The notes: generated by a model not told the origin, from the sequence alone. DNA of 64,000 nt from Nitrosopumilus sp. (GCA_965249555.1 OZ252243.1:256001-320000); one strand, 5' to 3'; counted from the first letter of the stretch, positions 19,790 to 29,356 are shown. Numbers and translations: made by a program.

Positions 19790-20797
19790 CTATTTCTTTG
19801 ATGTATTAGGTTTGTTTTGATCAGGTTTGTTTTGATCAGGTTTGTTTTGATCAGGTTTGTTTTGATCAGGTTTGTTTTGATCAGGTTTGTTTTGATCAGG
19901 TTTGTTTTGATCAGGTTTGTTTTGATCAGGTTTGTTTTGAGGTTTGTTTTGAGGTTTGTTTTGATCAGGTTTGTTTTGATCAGGTTTGTTTTGATTGTTT
20001 TTCTTTTTTGGATCTTCACTGACTATTTTGTTGTACAAGTTGTATGCTTGGTCAACATTTGCATTTCCATGAACTATAGATCGTACTGCTTTAATCATTG
20101 CAACAGGATGTTCTGATTGCCAGATGTTTCGTCCCATGTCAACACCAACTGCACCACCTTTGATTGAGTTGTATGTTAATTGTAATGCATCACGTTCTGG
20201 AATTTTCTTTCCTCCTGCAACAATAATTGGAACAGGACATGATTGAACAACTTTCTCAAAATTTTCACAATAGTATGTTTTGACAATATGTGCTCCTTGC
20301 TCAGCTGCAATTCTGCATGCCAATGAAAGATATCTTGAATCTTTACCTAGGTCTTTTCCAACTGCAGTAACAGCCAATACAGGAATTCCATATTTTTCTG
20401 CTTTACTGACTAATTTCCCAAGATTTACAATAGTTTGATGCTCATATTTAGAGCCAACAAAGATAGACATTGCAAGTGCGCTAGCGTTAAGTCTAATTGC
20501 GTCTTGAATCGAAACTGTAATTTCTTCTTGAGATAAATCCTCACCAATAATACTTGAGCCGCCAGAAACTCTCAACACCATTGGAGTGTCAGTGGTTGCA
20601 GGAACACATGTTCTCTGAACACCCCTTGTAACCATTAAAGAGTCACAATATTTCAAAAGAGGCGCAATTACCTTTTTTGGATTCTCTAATTTTTCAGTTG
20701 GACCAAGAAAGTATCCATGATCAACTGCTAACATTAATGCGCGATTATTATGTGGTTTAATGATTTGTGATATTCTATTTTTTAATCCCCAGTCCAT
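19790..20797 (-). CDS. lsrF: LsrF/DhnA-type class I aldolase/thiolase with NKPDQ repeat tail
   Basis: MDWGLKNR, LAVDHGYFLGP, IVKTYY, IVAGGKK, GVDMGRNIWQ. Confidence 0.85.
   Translation of the reverse strand: MDWGLKNRISQIIKPHNNRALMLAVDHGYFLGPTEKLENPKKVIAPLLKYCDSLMVTRGVQRTCVPATTDTPMVLRVSGGSSIIGEDLSQEEITVSIQDAIRLNASALAMSIFVGSKYEHQTIVNLGKLVSKAEKYGIPVLAVTAVGKDLGKDSRYLSLACRIAAEQGAHIVKTYYCENFEKVVQSCPVPIIVAGGKKIPERDALQLTYNSIKGGAVGVDMGRNIWQSEHPVAMIKAVRSIVHGNANVDQAYNLYNKIVSEDPKKKNNQNKPDQNKPDQNKPQNKPQNKPDQNKPDQNKPDQNKPDQNKPDQNKPDQNKPDQNKPDQNKPNTSKK
19809..19994 (-). repeat. 15-bp coding tandem repeat (NKPDQ x10, NKPQ x2)
   Basis: Near-perfect tttgttttgatcagg units on the + strand. Confidence 0.95.
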
Positions 20798-20843
20798 TTC
20801 TCTTCGATTTTGAAAGAATCGAAATACCTTTCTTAAGCCTTTC

Positions 20844-21872
20844 TTATTTTGTAATGATTATTTTCATGGCATTATCGCCACTACGTGCATGATCAAATGC
20901 TTTTTGAGAATCAATGATTGGGTATGTATGTGTGATTAGTTGTTTAACATCGACTTTAGAAGATTCAATGAGATCAAGTGCATCAGCAGTATCTTTGTCA
21001 GATGCAGCATAACTAGCAACAAGAGTAATCTCTTTGGAATAGATTTCACTCATATCCAAATCTAATTTTACACCTTTTGAAGGAACACCAAACATCATAA
21101 CTACACCGCCTTTACGTACCATATCAATTGCATCCTCAAGTGCATCAAGACTACTAGTTGCAACAATTGCCACATCTACTCCTCTATTCTCAGTATGATC
21201 CAAAATCCTTTGTTTTCTGTCCTCATCTAGTGAATTAATTGATTCAGTAATATTGAATTTTTTGGCAAAATCCAATCTAAAATCATTAACATCAAGACAG
21301 AATATTTTTGAGAGTTTCTTTGTCTGAGCTAACATCACATGCATCATTCCTGTAGGACCTACACCAAAAATTGCTGTAGAATCACCTTCGTAATAACGAA
21401 ATTTAGTCCATGCCCTTATACAACATGCTAGGGGTTCAATCATTGCTGCTTCCTCAAAACTTAGAGAGTCAGAAATTTTTAAAACACCACCATGTGAAAC
21501 ATTCCAGGCAGGTACAACATATTCTTCAGACAAACCACAAGGAGAAAGATTAGTTTCAGAATATTTTTGGCACATTGTTTCATTACCATGAATACACAAA
21601 TGACAATTATAGCAAGGAACATGATGATGAGTAAATACTCTGTCACCTTTTTTGAAATTTGTTACATCAGAGCCAATATCTAAAACTACACCTGCGGGTT
21701 CATGTCCTAAACGCATAGAGGGTTGTCCATATTGTCCAAAAACTTTTTCCACATCAGAGCCACAAATTCCACAAGCATGCATCTGTACTAAAATATCACC
21801 AGACTCTAACGTTGGTTTTTCTATATCATCAACAGAGATTACGGATGGTTCTTTTACAGATGCTGTTTTCAT
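20844..21872 (-). CDS. zinc-dependent medium-chain (sorbitol/threonine-like) dehydrogenase
   Basis: CGICGSD, GHEPAG, CxxCxxC, GVGPTG. Confidence 0.9.
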   Translation of the reverse strand: MKTASVKEPSVISVDDIEKPTLESGDILVQMHACGICGSDVEKVFGQYGQPSMRLGHEPAGVVLDIGSDVTNFKKGDRVFTHHHVPCYNCHLCIHGNETMCQKYSETNLSPCGLSEEYVVPAWNVSHGGVLKISDSLSFEEAAMIEPLACCIRAWTKFRYYEGDSTAIFGVGPTGMMHVMLAQTKKLSKIFCLDVNDFRLDFAKKFNITESINSLDEDRKQRILDHTENRGVDVAIVATSSLDALEDAIDMVRKGGVVMMFGVPSKGVKLDLDMSEIYSKEITLVASYAASDKDTADALDLIESSKVDVKQLITHTYPIIDSQKAFDHARSGDNAMKIIITK

Positions 21873-21913
21873 GGTAAGATATTGAAATATTGATTATAAG
21901 TAGATTAAAAAAA

Positions 21914-22207
21914 TCACACGCCAAGAATCTTCTTGAGCATTACTCTGTAATTAACTTCAGTTTTTTCACTTCCAATTGAAGGTAATGAAAAGACAAGAGT
22001 GTCTTTTTCAGCTCGAAGTGCTGTTAATTCATCATTAATTGATGCTGTAATATCATCACTGACGAGAACCAATCCAACATCAGAATCATCTGTCAATCTT
22101 TTAATTTCATCCAATGCCTTTTCTGGTGATTCAGAGATGATACCTGGAACTCCAGCCAATTGAAAACTAGTTACAAATGATTTGCTGCCAACAGTGAAGA
22201 TTTTCAT
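21914..22207 (-). CDS. atpF: A/V-type ATP synthase subunit F
   Basis: MKIFTVG...FQLAGV...KKILGV. Confidence 0.85.
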   Translation of the reverse strand: MKIFTVGSKSFVTSFQLAGVPGIISESPEKALDEIKRLTDDSDVGLVLVSDDITASINDELTALRAEKDTLVFSLPSIGSEKTEVNYRVMLKKILGV

Positions 22208-22296
22208 AGTTAAAATTTTTGTCCATTCTAATTTAACCCTTTTTGGGAGGAATTGCTTTAAGAAAGATTGATTTAGCTTGAAAAATCAATGAATTC

Positions 22297-22602
22297 ATGG
22301 TAGAAATTGACACTCAAAAAGAAATCTATCTATTCCTTCATGGAAGAATGGATCTGAAAGAAAAAGCAATGAAAGCACTCACTGCAAAAGGATTTGCAGA
22401 TGACAAAGTCATTATGGCCTTGCCAAGTAAAGTTGGAAATGTAGGAGACTATATGGCAATGTTATGGATGCCACCAAATCCAGATCATATTAAGATTCAG
22501 CAAATCACAAAAGTTGAAGAAGTAGAACCAGAAGGAATGATTGGTCTTTGGAAAGGTGTTTCAAAAGACGATATAGACACTACACCATTAGAGCAAGGTT
22601 AA
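22297..22602 (+). CDS. conserved hypothetical protein
   Basis: 101-aa ORF with typical codon usage. Confidence 0.7.
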   Translation: MVEIDTQKEIYLFLHGRMDLKEKAMKALTAKGFADDKVIMALPSKVGNVGDYMAMLWMPPNPDHIKIQQITKVEEVEPEGMIGLWKGVSKDDIDTTPLEQG

Positions 22603-22859
22603 CTAAAACCAGCACCAAAATCATTACCTTTTTCTAATATATCTCCAGTATCGGAATTTTTTAATTTTCTATAAAGAAGTGTTTCATAAACGAGCTTCAT
22701 TGCATTTTCATCATCAAGGTTGCAATCTTCTTTAATTTGGTTTTTGTATTTTTCTAATTTTGTAATGTCTTGTTCATCAAGTGAGACATCATCATGAATC
22801 ATTAGATTTGCAATTTTCTCAATTTCAGAATTCTGTTGGGCTTCATCCACAAGTTTCAA
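22599..22859 (-). CDS. conserved hypothetical protein
   Basis: 86-aa ORF ending FGAGFS. Confidence 0.65.
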   Translation of the reverse strand: MKLVDEAQQNSEIEKIANLMIHDDVSLDEQDITKLEKYKNQIKEDCNLDDENAMKLVYETLLYRKLKNSDTGDILEKGNDFGAGFS

Positions 22860-22894
22860 TAAAATTTCTAGTTATTAACACATTCGAAGAACAT

Positions 22895-23197
22895 CTACAA
22901 ATCAGAAAGCAGTCCTGAAAGAAAATCAGCATATTCTTCATCAGAGAAAATAATTTTTTCAATTTTATTTTCTCGTTGAGCAAGCTCAGCAGATTCCAAA
23001 TGGTAACAGGTAGTCTTTCCATTTAATTGACCAAAATAAAATCCAGGGCAAGCACAATAACTACCATCAGGATCAATCCAGTGCTCCTCACCTTTCCCTA
23101 CAACTGTCCAAATTTTTCTTTGACTAGGCTCAAAAATGTGCAGTTTTACACGTCTTTCAGAAACTAATGTTTCAACTCGGTCAAAGTCTTTGTTCAC
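22895..23197 (-). CDS. SWIM zinc-finger protein
   Basis: YCACPGF...CYH motif. Confidence 0.75.
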   Translation of the reverse strand: MNKDFDRVETLVSERRVKLHIFEPSQRKIWTVVGKGEEHWIDPDGSYCACPGFYFGQLNGKTTCYHLESAELAQRENKIEKIIFSDEEYADFLSGLLSDL

Positions 23198-23228
23198 AAG
23201 GATTTAATCACATATCTGTAGTATAACT

Positions 23229-23981
23229 TTGATGCTACAAACTAGAATAATACCATCAAAACCTGCATTAATTCTAGAAGGTAAAAAAAAGAGCCTCATA
23301 GTTACTGACATTCACATAGGATTTGAAAATAGTCTAGCATCAAATGAGATTTTCATAGGCAAAAACTCTACAATAAATGAAACAATTCAAGAACTATCAG
23401 AAATCATAGATACGGAAAATCCGGATTCAATAATCTTGCTAGGAGATATCAAATCAAGCATTAAAAGTATTTCAAGAAATGAATGGGATGAAGTTCCAAT
23501 GTTTTTTAAAAAAATTAGAGAAAAATGTGATGTGACACTAGTTCCCGGAAACCATGATGCAAATATTCAGAAATTAGTTCCAGACAATATTTCTATGATT
23601 AGTTCAACAGGGATTGTAGAAGAAAATATTTTACTTACACATGGCCACACAATGCCATCAGAAAACTTTTCTCATGTTGATAAAATTATCATGGGCCACA
23701 TACATCCAGTATTTTTTCAAGAAGATTCTGTGATAAATGGACAAAGAGTGTGGTTGTCAATTAGGACAGAAAAAGAAAATATTTTCCCAAATAAATCAGG
23801 AGAACTAGAAATAATCGTAATTCCGTCATTTAACAAGTATTTTTATGCAACACATAGAAAAAAATACAAAAAATCAATTTCACCAATCATTGATAAAATT
23901 AAAACAGTATCCAGTGCAAGAATAGTTACACTTGATGGGACAATTATTGGAGATGAATCAATAATTGATCAAGTGATCTAA
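23229..23981 (+). CDS. calcineurin-like metallophosphoesterase
   Basis: DIHIG, LGD, PGNHD, HGH, GHIHP. Confidence 0.9.
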   Translation: MMLQTRIIPSKPALILEGKKKSLIVTDIHIGFENSLASNEIFIGKNSTINETIQELSEIIDTENPDSIILLGDIKSSIKSISRNEWDEVPMFFKKIREKCDVTLVPGNHDANIQKLVPDNISMISSTGIVEENILLTHGHTMPSENFSHVDKIIMGHIHPVFFQEDSVINGQRVWLSIRTEKENIFPNKSGELEIIVIPSFNKYFYATHRKKYKKSISPIIDKIKTVSSARIVTLDGTIIGDESIIDQVI

Positions 23982-24260
23982 TCAATCAAATTTTGTTACA
24001 AAAGTTCCTTTATGAGCACAATTAGGGCATCGTTGTGATTTTGCCCAGGTTTCTACAGTTTCAGAATATGCAATTCGTATTTTATAGGAATAACCATAAT
24101 TTTGACATGAAATGTTTGCGGAATAACTATTCTTATTCCAACTCTCGCACCAGGAACTGAAGTACTTGCAGAAACACCAGGACCTACAGTACCTACAGAA
24201 ACACCAAAAACTAAGGACTTGCTCCACTCTCCATTTGTTTGGAGTCCTAAGAAGGGGTGT

Positions 24261-24282
24261 TTGAGGGGACTTGTCCCCTCAA
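24261..24282. other. GC-rich hairpin upstream of surface protein gene 1
   Basis: TTGAGGGGAC-TT-GTCCCCTCAA perfect inverted repeat. Confidence 0.5.
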
Positions 24283-24341
24283 TTAATGGAACTTGGCTTT
24301 TGATAGTATGCCTTAAGAATGGATATAATTTAGATATTTTA

Positions 24342-26006
24342 TTGAAATATCTGTTAATTGCACTTTTGATTATTGGTTCTGTTACAGTTACAACGGTATA
24401 TGCAGAAAGTGATAAGATACCAGCATGGGTTAAAGCAGTCGCTGGGTGGTGGGCAGAAGATAAAATTACTGATGAAGAATTTATCGAGGCTTTAGAATTT
24501 TTGATTGAATCTAATGTAATAAGCCCAGATAGTTTTAGTATTTTAAAATTAGATGAGCCTATTGCAGAACCAGTTGCAGAACCAGTTGCAGAACCAGTTG
24601 CAGAACCAGTTGCAGAACCAGTTGCAGAACCAGTTGCAGAACCAGTTGCAGAACCAGTTGCAGAACCAGAAATAATTGTTACAACAGATAAACCTAGTTA
24701 TGTTAGAGGAGAAATAATCCTAATTACAGGAGAAGTAAGTCAACTTATAGAAGAATATGTTATTCTTATCCAAGTGATATCATCAAATGGTGATTATGCT
24801 GCCATTAGTCAACATACAGTTGGTGAAGATAAAAAATTCAGCACTAGAGCATATACAGAAGGAGCATTGATGAAAGATTATGGAACATACATAGTTCGTG
24901 TTAATTATGGAGATGATATTTTAACAACAACAACATTTGAATTAAACAAACACCAAAAAACTGAAATTCGTTATGATGAGAGTGGAACTATAGGAGTGGC
25001 ATATGATGAGTTTGGAAATAAAATTCTCTATTATGGAAATGGAAACCCAAAATATGATTATGATGAGAATGAAATTAGAATAGAATATTATGAAAATGGA
25101 AATCCAAAATATGGTTATGGTGATAATGGAAGTTTCACAGAATATTATGAATATTATGAAAATGGAAATGTACTTTCTGAATATGATGAGAATGGAAATA
25201 CAATTACATATTATGAAAATGGAAATGTACTTTCTGAATTTGATGAGAATGGAAATCTAATTTCATATTATGAGAATGGAAATATAAGAAAAAAGATTGA
25301 TGAGTTTGGAAGAGTGTTTAGTTATTATGAAAATGGAAATCCAGAACGAGGAATTGATGAGAATGGAAATAAAATTACATATTATGAGAATGGAAATGTA
25401 GATACTGAATATGATGAGAATGGAAAAAGAGTTAGATATTATGAGAATGGAAATATAGAATCTGAATATGGTAAGAATGGAAATGCAATTACATATTATA
25501 AAAATGGGAATATAGAAGCTGAATATCATGCGAATGGATATGAAAAATTTTTGTATGATAAGAATGGAAATCTACGATTTGAATATTATGAGAATAGAAT
25601 TACAAAATTCGAATTTTATCCAAATGGATATGTAATGCATGAGTATGATGAGAATGGAAATCTAATTTCATATTATGAGAATCCAGAACCAGGAATAATT
25701 GTTACAACAGATAAACCTAGTTATGTTAGAGGAGAAATAATCCTAATTACAGGAGAAGTAAGTCAACTTATAGAAGAAGCACATGCTCTAACTTTCGTAT
25801 TGGTAACACCAAATGAAAATGTTGTTTCCATTGATCAGCTCACAGTTGGTGAAGATAAAAAATTCAGCACTAGTGTATATGTAGGTGTATTGATGGAAGA
25901 TTATGGAACATACATAGTTACTGTTACTTATGGTGTTGGAACAGATGATGCTTATTGGTTTTCAACAACAACGACATTTGAAATTAAACAAACACCAAAA
26001 AACTGA
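24342..26006 (+). CDS. secreted/surface repeat protein 1: thaumarchaeal IPxW..WW domain, PVAE linker, duplicated Ig-like module, YYENGN (MORN-variant-like) repeats
   Basis: TTG start at 24342 by alignment to the paralog at 29587; signal peptide; EIIVTTDKPSYVRGEIILITGEV module occurs twice (second copy GIIVTT). Confidence 0.8.
   Translation: MKYLLIALLIIGSVTVTTVYAESDKIPAWVKAVAGWWAEDKITDEEFIEALEFLIESNVISPDSFSILKLDEPIAEPVAEPVAEPVAEPVAEPVAEPVAEPVAEPVAEPEIIVTTDKPSYVRGEIILITGEVSQLIEEYVILIQVISSNGDYAAISQHTVGEDKKFSTRAYTEGALMKDYGTYIVRVNYGDDILTTTTFELNKHQKTEIRYDESGTIGVAYDEFGNKILYYGNGNPKYDYDENEIRIEYYENGNPKYGYGDNGSFTEYYEYYENGNVLSEYDENGNTITYYENGNVLSEFDENGNLISYYENGNIRKKIDEFGRVFSYYENGNPERGIDENGNKITYYENGNVDTEYDENGKRVRYYENGNIESEYGKNGNAITYYKNGNIEAEYHANGYEKFLYDKNGNLRFEYYENRITKFEFYPNGYVMHEYDENGNLISYYENPEPGIIVTTDKPSYVRGEIILITGEVSQLIEEAHALTFVLVTPNENVVSIDQLTVGEDKKFSTSVYVGVLMEDYGTYIVTVTYGVGTDDAYWFSTTTTFEIKQTPKN
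24558..24665 (+). repeat. 12-bp tandem repeat (PIAE + PVAE x8)
   Basis: ccagttgcagaa units. Confidence 0.95.
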
Positions 26007-26054
26007 AATTAGTTATGATGAGAATGGAACTAAAAGAAATTAATTTAAAATTAT

Positions 26055-26103
26055 AATTTTAGAAAAAAGGTAGGGTGTTTTGATTGAGATTGTTATGATT
26101 GTA
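26055..26103 (+). repeat. ~70-bp post-gene repeat, copy 1, left part (right part 27433-27450); split by IS110
   Basis: aattttagaaaaaaggtagggt..ttgat.gagattgttatgattgTA aligns with the copies at 29286 and 31179. Confidence 0.85.
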
Positions 26104-26179
26104 TCCATGTGAATTGTTTTTATACATTTCCTACTTTTTCGTATCCCAAGGCATAGCTTTCGCTAGAGAAGGTTTTCAA

Positions 26180-26307
26180 TCAAAAGATGACGGACATGTA
26201 TCCATACGAGGCTTTAACCTCAATGCTATCTTCATCCCTTTATTAGGACCTATCCGCAGTTAAAAAACGAGGCTTGTCCCTCAACAATCATAACGCGACT
26301 TGCAGTC
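26180..26307 (-). ncRNA. predicted bridge RNA/seekRNA of the IS110 element
   Basis: Two internal loops, each capped by GAGG-N6-CCUC; guides GUUAUGAUUGU and UUUUUA match the target, AUGGAUA matches the donor end. Confidence 0.8.
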
Positions 26308-27423
26308 CTAACTGTAATTCTGTACAAATTCTCTCCTCTCTTTTAGCATCCAGTAAATCACTCGCAGGATCTTTGATGATGCGGCAATTGCGGCCTTTGA
26401 TGAGCCTCTCTTCTTTTTAATGCGATTGTAAAATTTTGTAATGTCACTGTTCTTGGCATGTATTGTATGGGTATGGACGCATTGGATAAGGACCCATCGT
26501 AGTGTCACGCTTCCTCTTTTGGTTATACAGCCATGGTGTATCGTGTCTGCAGAGTTTCTGACTGATGGCACGACTCCTGCATATGCACATAACTTGTGAG
26601 AGTCATTGAATCTGTCAATATCTGCAATTTCTGATGCAATAACTAGTGATGCGTAATCACCAATTCCTGGCATTGATTTTATTATCATGGCATCAGGACT
26701 GGTCTTTACAGCAGCATACACTCTTGAATTAATCTCTGCAATTTGCAGATTAAGATAGTCTATCTGTCGTACAAATCCATCTATGCGATAGTCACCTAGG
26801 GAGGTGAGTCTTCTGTTGTATGTTACAGTGAACGTGACTCTTGGTATCTTGATTCCCTCCTGTAACAAAATTCCATGAACAGAATTTTTGAGAGAAGTTC
26901 TCCACTGAATGAGTTTTTTTCTGTATCTTACCAGTTGACGATGTTTTACTATCTTTTTGTTTGGAATATGGCATGTTGCAATGTATCCTCCACGCAAAAG
27001 ATCTGCCAGTATCTTGGAATCAATCTTGTCTGTCTTCTTTTTTGATGCAGCTATTGCCTTTGTAAGATACGGGTTTGAAAGTGTAACATTTTTGTATCCT
27101 AATTCATCTGTAAGAAATCTATACGTGCCATACCAGACTGATGATGACTCCATGACAATGTTTGCATGAATCGGTATGTCTGTAAAATGTTTCCTGATTG
27201 ATTCATGAGTGTTCTCAACTTTTATGTTTTGTAATATCTTTCCGTCATCATCCATTGTTGCCACTTGAAGAAATTTCTTGTGTAAGTCAATGCCAACATA
27301 CATGCCCTTGTCTTTTTTTGCCCTAATCTGTTTCTTTGGACTTTTCTTGGAATATGATGGATTACGAATCTTGGAATTAGATTCATTTCCTATGCTATCT
27401 GAATTCCTTCTTTTTGTATTCAC
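26308..27423 (-). CDS. IS110-family DEDD recombinase/transposase (probable start ATG 27303)
   Basis: YVGIDLHK, VMESS, KKTDKIDS, PGIG, AYAGVVPSVRNSA (catalytic Ser region), TKRGS..LR. Confidence 0.95.
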   Translation of the reverse strand: MNTKRRNSDSIGNESNSKIRNPSYSKKSPKKQIRAKKDKGMYVGIDLHKKFLQVATMDDDGKILQNIKVENTHESIRKHFTDIPIHANIVMESSSVWYGTYRFLTDELGYKNVTLSNPYLTKAIAASKKKTDKIDSKILADLLRGGYIATCHIPNKKIVKHRQLVRYRKKLIQWRTSLKNSVHGILLQEGIKIPRVTFTVTYNRRLTSLGDYRIDGFVRQIDYLNLQIAEINSRVYAAVKTSPDAMIIKSMPGIGDYASLVIASEIADIDRFNDSHKLCAYAGVVPSVRNSADTIHHGCITKRGSVTLRWVLIQCVHTHTIHAKNSDITKFYNRIKKKRGSSKAAIAASSKILRVIYWMLKERREFVQNYS

Positions 27424-27646
27424 ATATAGTTAAAAATCATCAATGCCTAGATTCAATTTGTAACATAATTATAGTATGATTTTGAATAGAATTTATTGAG
27501 TTTTCCAGAAGAATCTAAAAAAGAAAAAAACAAAGAGCCTGTAGACAGATTGATAGTTTGTATCTTATCACCAACTATTTTTGGATTTATCTATTCAGAA
27601 AAATTTAACAAAAATCTAAAATTTCTAATGCTATTATCAATTCCTT

Positions 27647-29067
27647 GTATGTATCAACCTTCACGCACAAATCAACACTATTACACAAAAAGATCTAAGA
27701 TCAACTAAATCATCATACAAAACATGTCAGGTTGTGGTCATGAGAAAATCATCATACAGCTGCAAGCAGAGATAAAACAACTAAAACTAATCATAGAAAA
27801 TCTCATAGAATCAAACAAGGAACTGCAAAAAAAGCTGTCATATTATGAGAATGCGCACTCTCCGCCATCAAAGAATTCCCTTGAATGGAGAAAGCAAAAA
27901 AGACAACACAGACAGCCAGGCAAATCAAGACGTGGTGGAATAGCAGGACACGTTGGCAAGACACAGAAATTCAGACCAACTAGCACCAAACACCACAGAT
28001 CAGATGCATGTCCCAAATGCGGTAGTGAAAATATTCATCAAACCAAAACCTGCAAAAGGATAATGGTTGAGATTCCTCCACCAACACCCTACGGTATAAC
28101 TGAGCATGTTTTGAATCAATACATCTGCATGGACTGTTCTGATAATTTTCAAACCACGGGAAACCTTCCACTACATGGATGTTTTGATGGTTCAGTGATA
28201 CGTGAGGTCGTCTCACTGTTCTCAAAGAGATTGACATACGATGCTATCAGAACCACACTCTATGAAAGATATGGATTAGAAATCAGCAATACAACCGTAC
28301 AATCCATTCTTCGCAACGGTAGTGTGATGTTAGAGTCATTTTACAATACAATCCACAGCGAAATCGTGACTGAAAATATTCTCGGAATCGATGAGACAGG
28401 ATTTTCAATTGATGGAAATACTGGATGGATGTGGGTTGCAAGAAGCAAGACTAGTGCACAGTATGCCTTGGAGTACAGCAGAGGTGCCAATGTTCTAAAA
28501 AAGTACTGGAAGAAATTCAAAGGAACCCTAGTGTCTGACGGATATGCTCCGTACAGGACAGTATTTTGTGATAACACAAAGCAGAGATGCACCGCACACC
28601 TGCAGCGCGATGCCAAATATCTGGCAATAAAATCACAGGACAAAAAGGCCAGGATTCTATATGAGAAACTCTCAGGGATGCTAGGTCATGCCAGGGTTTG
28701 GAGTGTAGGTAATCGTCATACAAAACGGCGGGAAACGTACAGGAATGATTTACTAAAACAGCTGGACCGTATCATTGCACGATATTTGAAAGGTGATACG
28801 GAGATGGTTCAGTTTGGCAAGAAGCTAAAGACTGCAAGGAACAGCATGTTTACGTTTGTCATGGATGGCGATGTCCCGTCAACTAACAATGATGCAGAGA
28901 ATTCCATTCGAAAGTGCGTGATGCAGAGGAATGTTCGCGGGCAGATGAAGAGTGATCAGGGCATGAGGATGATCTCAGTCTTTCTCACATGCTTTGAGAC
29001 ATGGAGAATAAGGGAATTGAACATGTTTTCTGAGATGGCAAAATACATCTAAGTGCTTGATTCATAC
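27647..29067 (+). mobile_element. IS66-family insertion sequence (single-ORF type), 1421 bp
   Basis: Imperfect TIRs GTATGTATCAAC / CTTGATTCATAC; 8-bp TSD AATTCCTT at 27639-27646 and 29068-29075. Confidence 0.93.
27724..29052 (+). CDS. IS66-family transposase
   Basis: Coiled coil, HSPPS, CPKCG Zn finger, IDETG, SDGY, QRCTAHLQR, TNNDAENSIR. Confidence 0.95.
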   Translation: MSGCGHEKIIIQLQAEIKQLKLIIENLIESNKELQKKLSYYENAHSPPSKNSLEWRKQKRQHRQPGKSRRGGIAGHVGKTQKFRPTSTKHHRSDACPKCGSENIHQTKTCKRIMVEIPPPTPYGITEHVLNQYICMDCSDNFQTTGNLPLHGCFDGSVIREVVSLFSKRLTYDAIRTTLYERYGLEISNTTVQSILRNGSVMLESFYNTIHSEIVTENILGIDETGFSIDGNTGWMWVARSKTSAQYALEYSRGANVLKKYWKKFKGTLVSDGYAPYRTVFCDNTKQRCTAHLQRDAKYLAIKSQDKKARILYEKLSGMLGHARVWSVGNRHTKRRETYRNDLLKQLDRIIARYLKGDTEMVQFGKKLKTARNSMFTFVMDGDVPSTNNDAENSIRKCVMQRNVRGQMKSDQGMRMISVFLTCFETWRIRELNMFSEMAKYI

Positions 29068-29285
29068 AATTCCTTTTGTTTTTATGTTCTTACTAGTACT
29101 TACATACACTATTGGTGATTTTGAAATACAGGAACCAAGCAAAATATTAGGATTTGACAATAGGATTGTTATTGCATTACTGTTTGTTTTTCCAATTATA
29201 TTCATGTATCGTTGGGCTTCTCAATACAATCTAAAGAATTTTGGATTTAAATCAAAGAGAGAATGGAAGAAAAATAGAGAACTAT

Positions 29286-29356
29286 AATTTTAGAAAAAAG
29301 GTAGGGTTATTTGATAGAGATTGTTATGATCATAAAAATAATCTATGAGTAAATTG
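29286..29356 (+). repeat. ~70-bp post-gene repeat, copy 2
   Basis: aattttagaaaaaaggtagggttatttgatagagattgttatgatcaTAaaaataatctatga. Confidence 0.85.

Larger units (their letters stand above)
26104..27432 (-). mobile_element. IS110-family (IS1111-like) insertion sequence, ~1.33 kb
   Basis: Removing it restores ttatgattgTAaaaatcatc, identical to 31217-31236; TA core at both junctions (26102-26103, 27431-27432); subterminal IRs ATGTGAAT (26107-26114) and ATTCACAT (27418-27425); no long TSD. Confidence 0.92.
27496..29287 (+). pseudogene. membrane protein gene interrupted by IS66
   Basis: Removing the IS and one TSD copy joins ...KFLMLLSIP to FVFMFLLVLT...KNREL in frame (~120 aa). Confidence 0.85.

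Noticed and set aside
19771-20116. Alternative-frame ORFs (KTNLI and IRFVL repeats)
   Set aside because: Shadows of the stop-free 15-bp repeat in the lsrF tail.
21914-22207. Stand-alone ATP synthase subunit F as a novelty
   Set aside because: Separation of this subunit from the main atp operon is, as I recall, usual in this lineage.
24219-24341. N-terminal extension of surface protein 1 given by the ORF track
   Set aside because: Paralog alignment and the signal peptide place the start at TTG 24342; the extension covers the hairpin and promoter.
27304-27423. 40-aa basic N-terminal extension of the IS110 transposase
   Set aside because: The GTG lies within the subterminal IR; IS110 enzymes normally begin just before the GID motif (ATG 27303). 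Not fully excluded.
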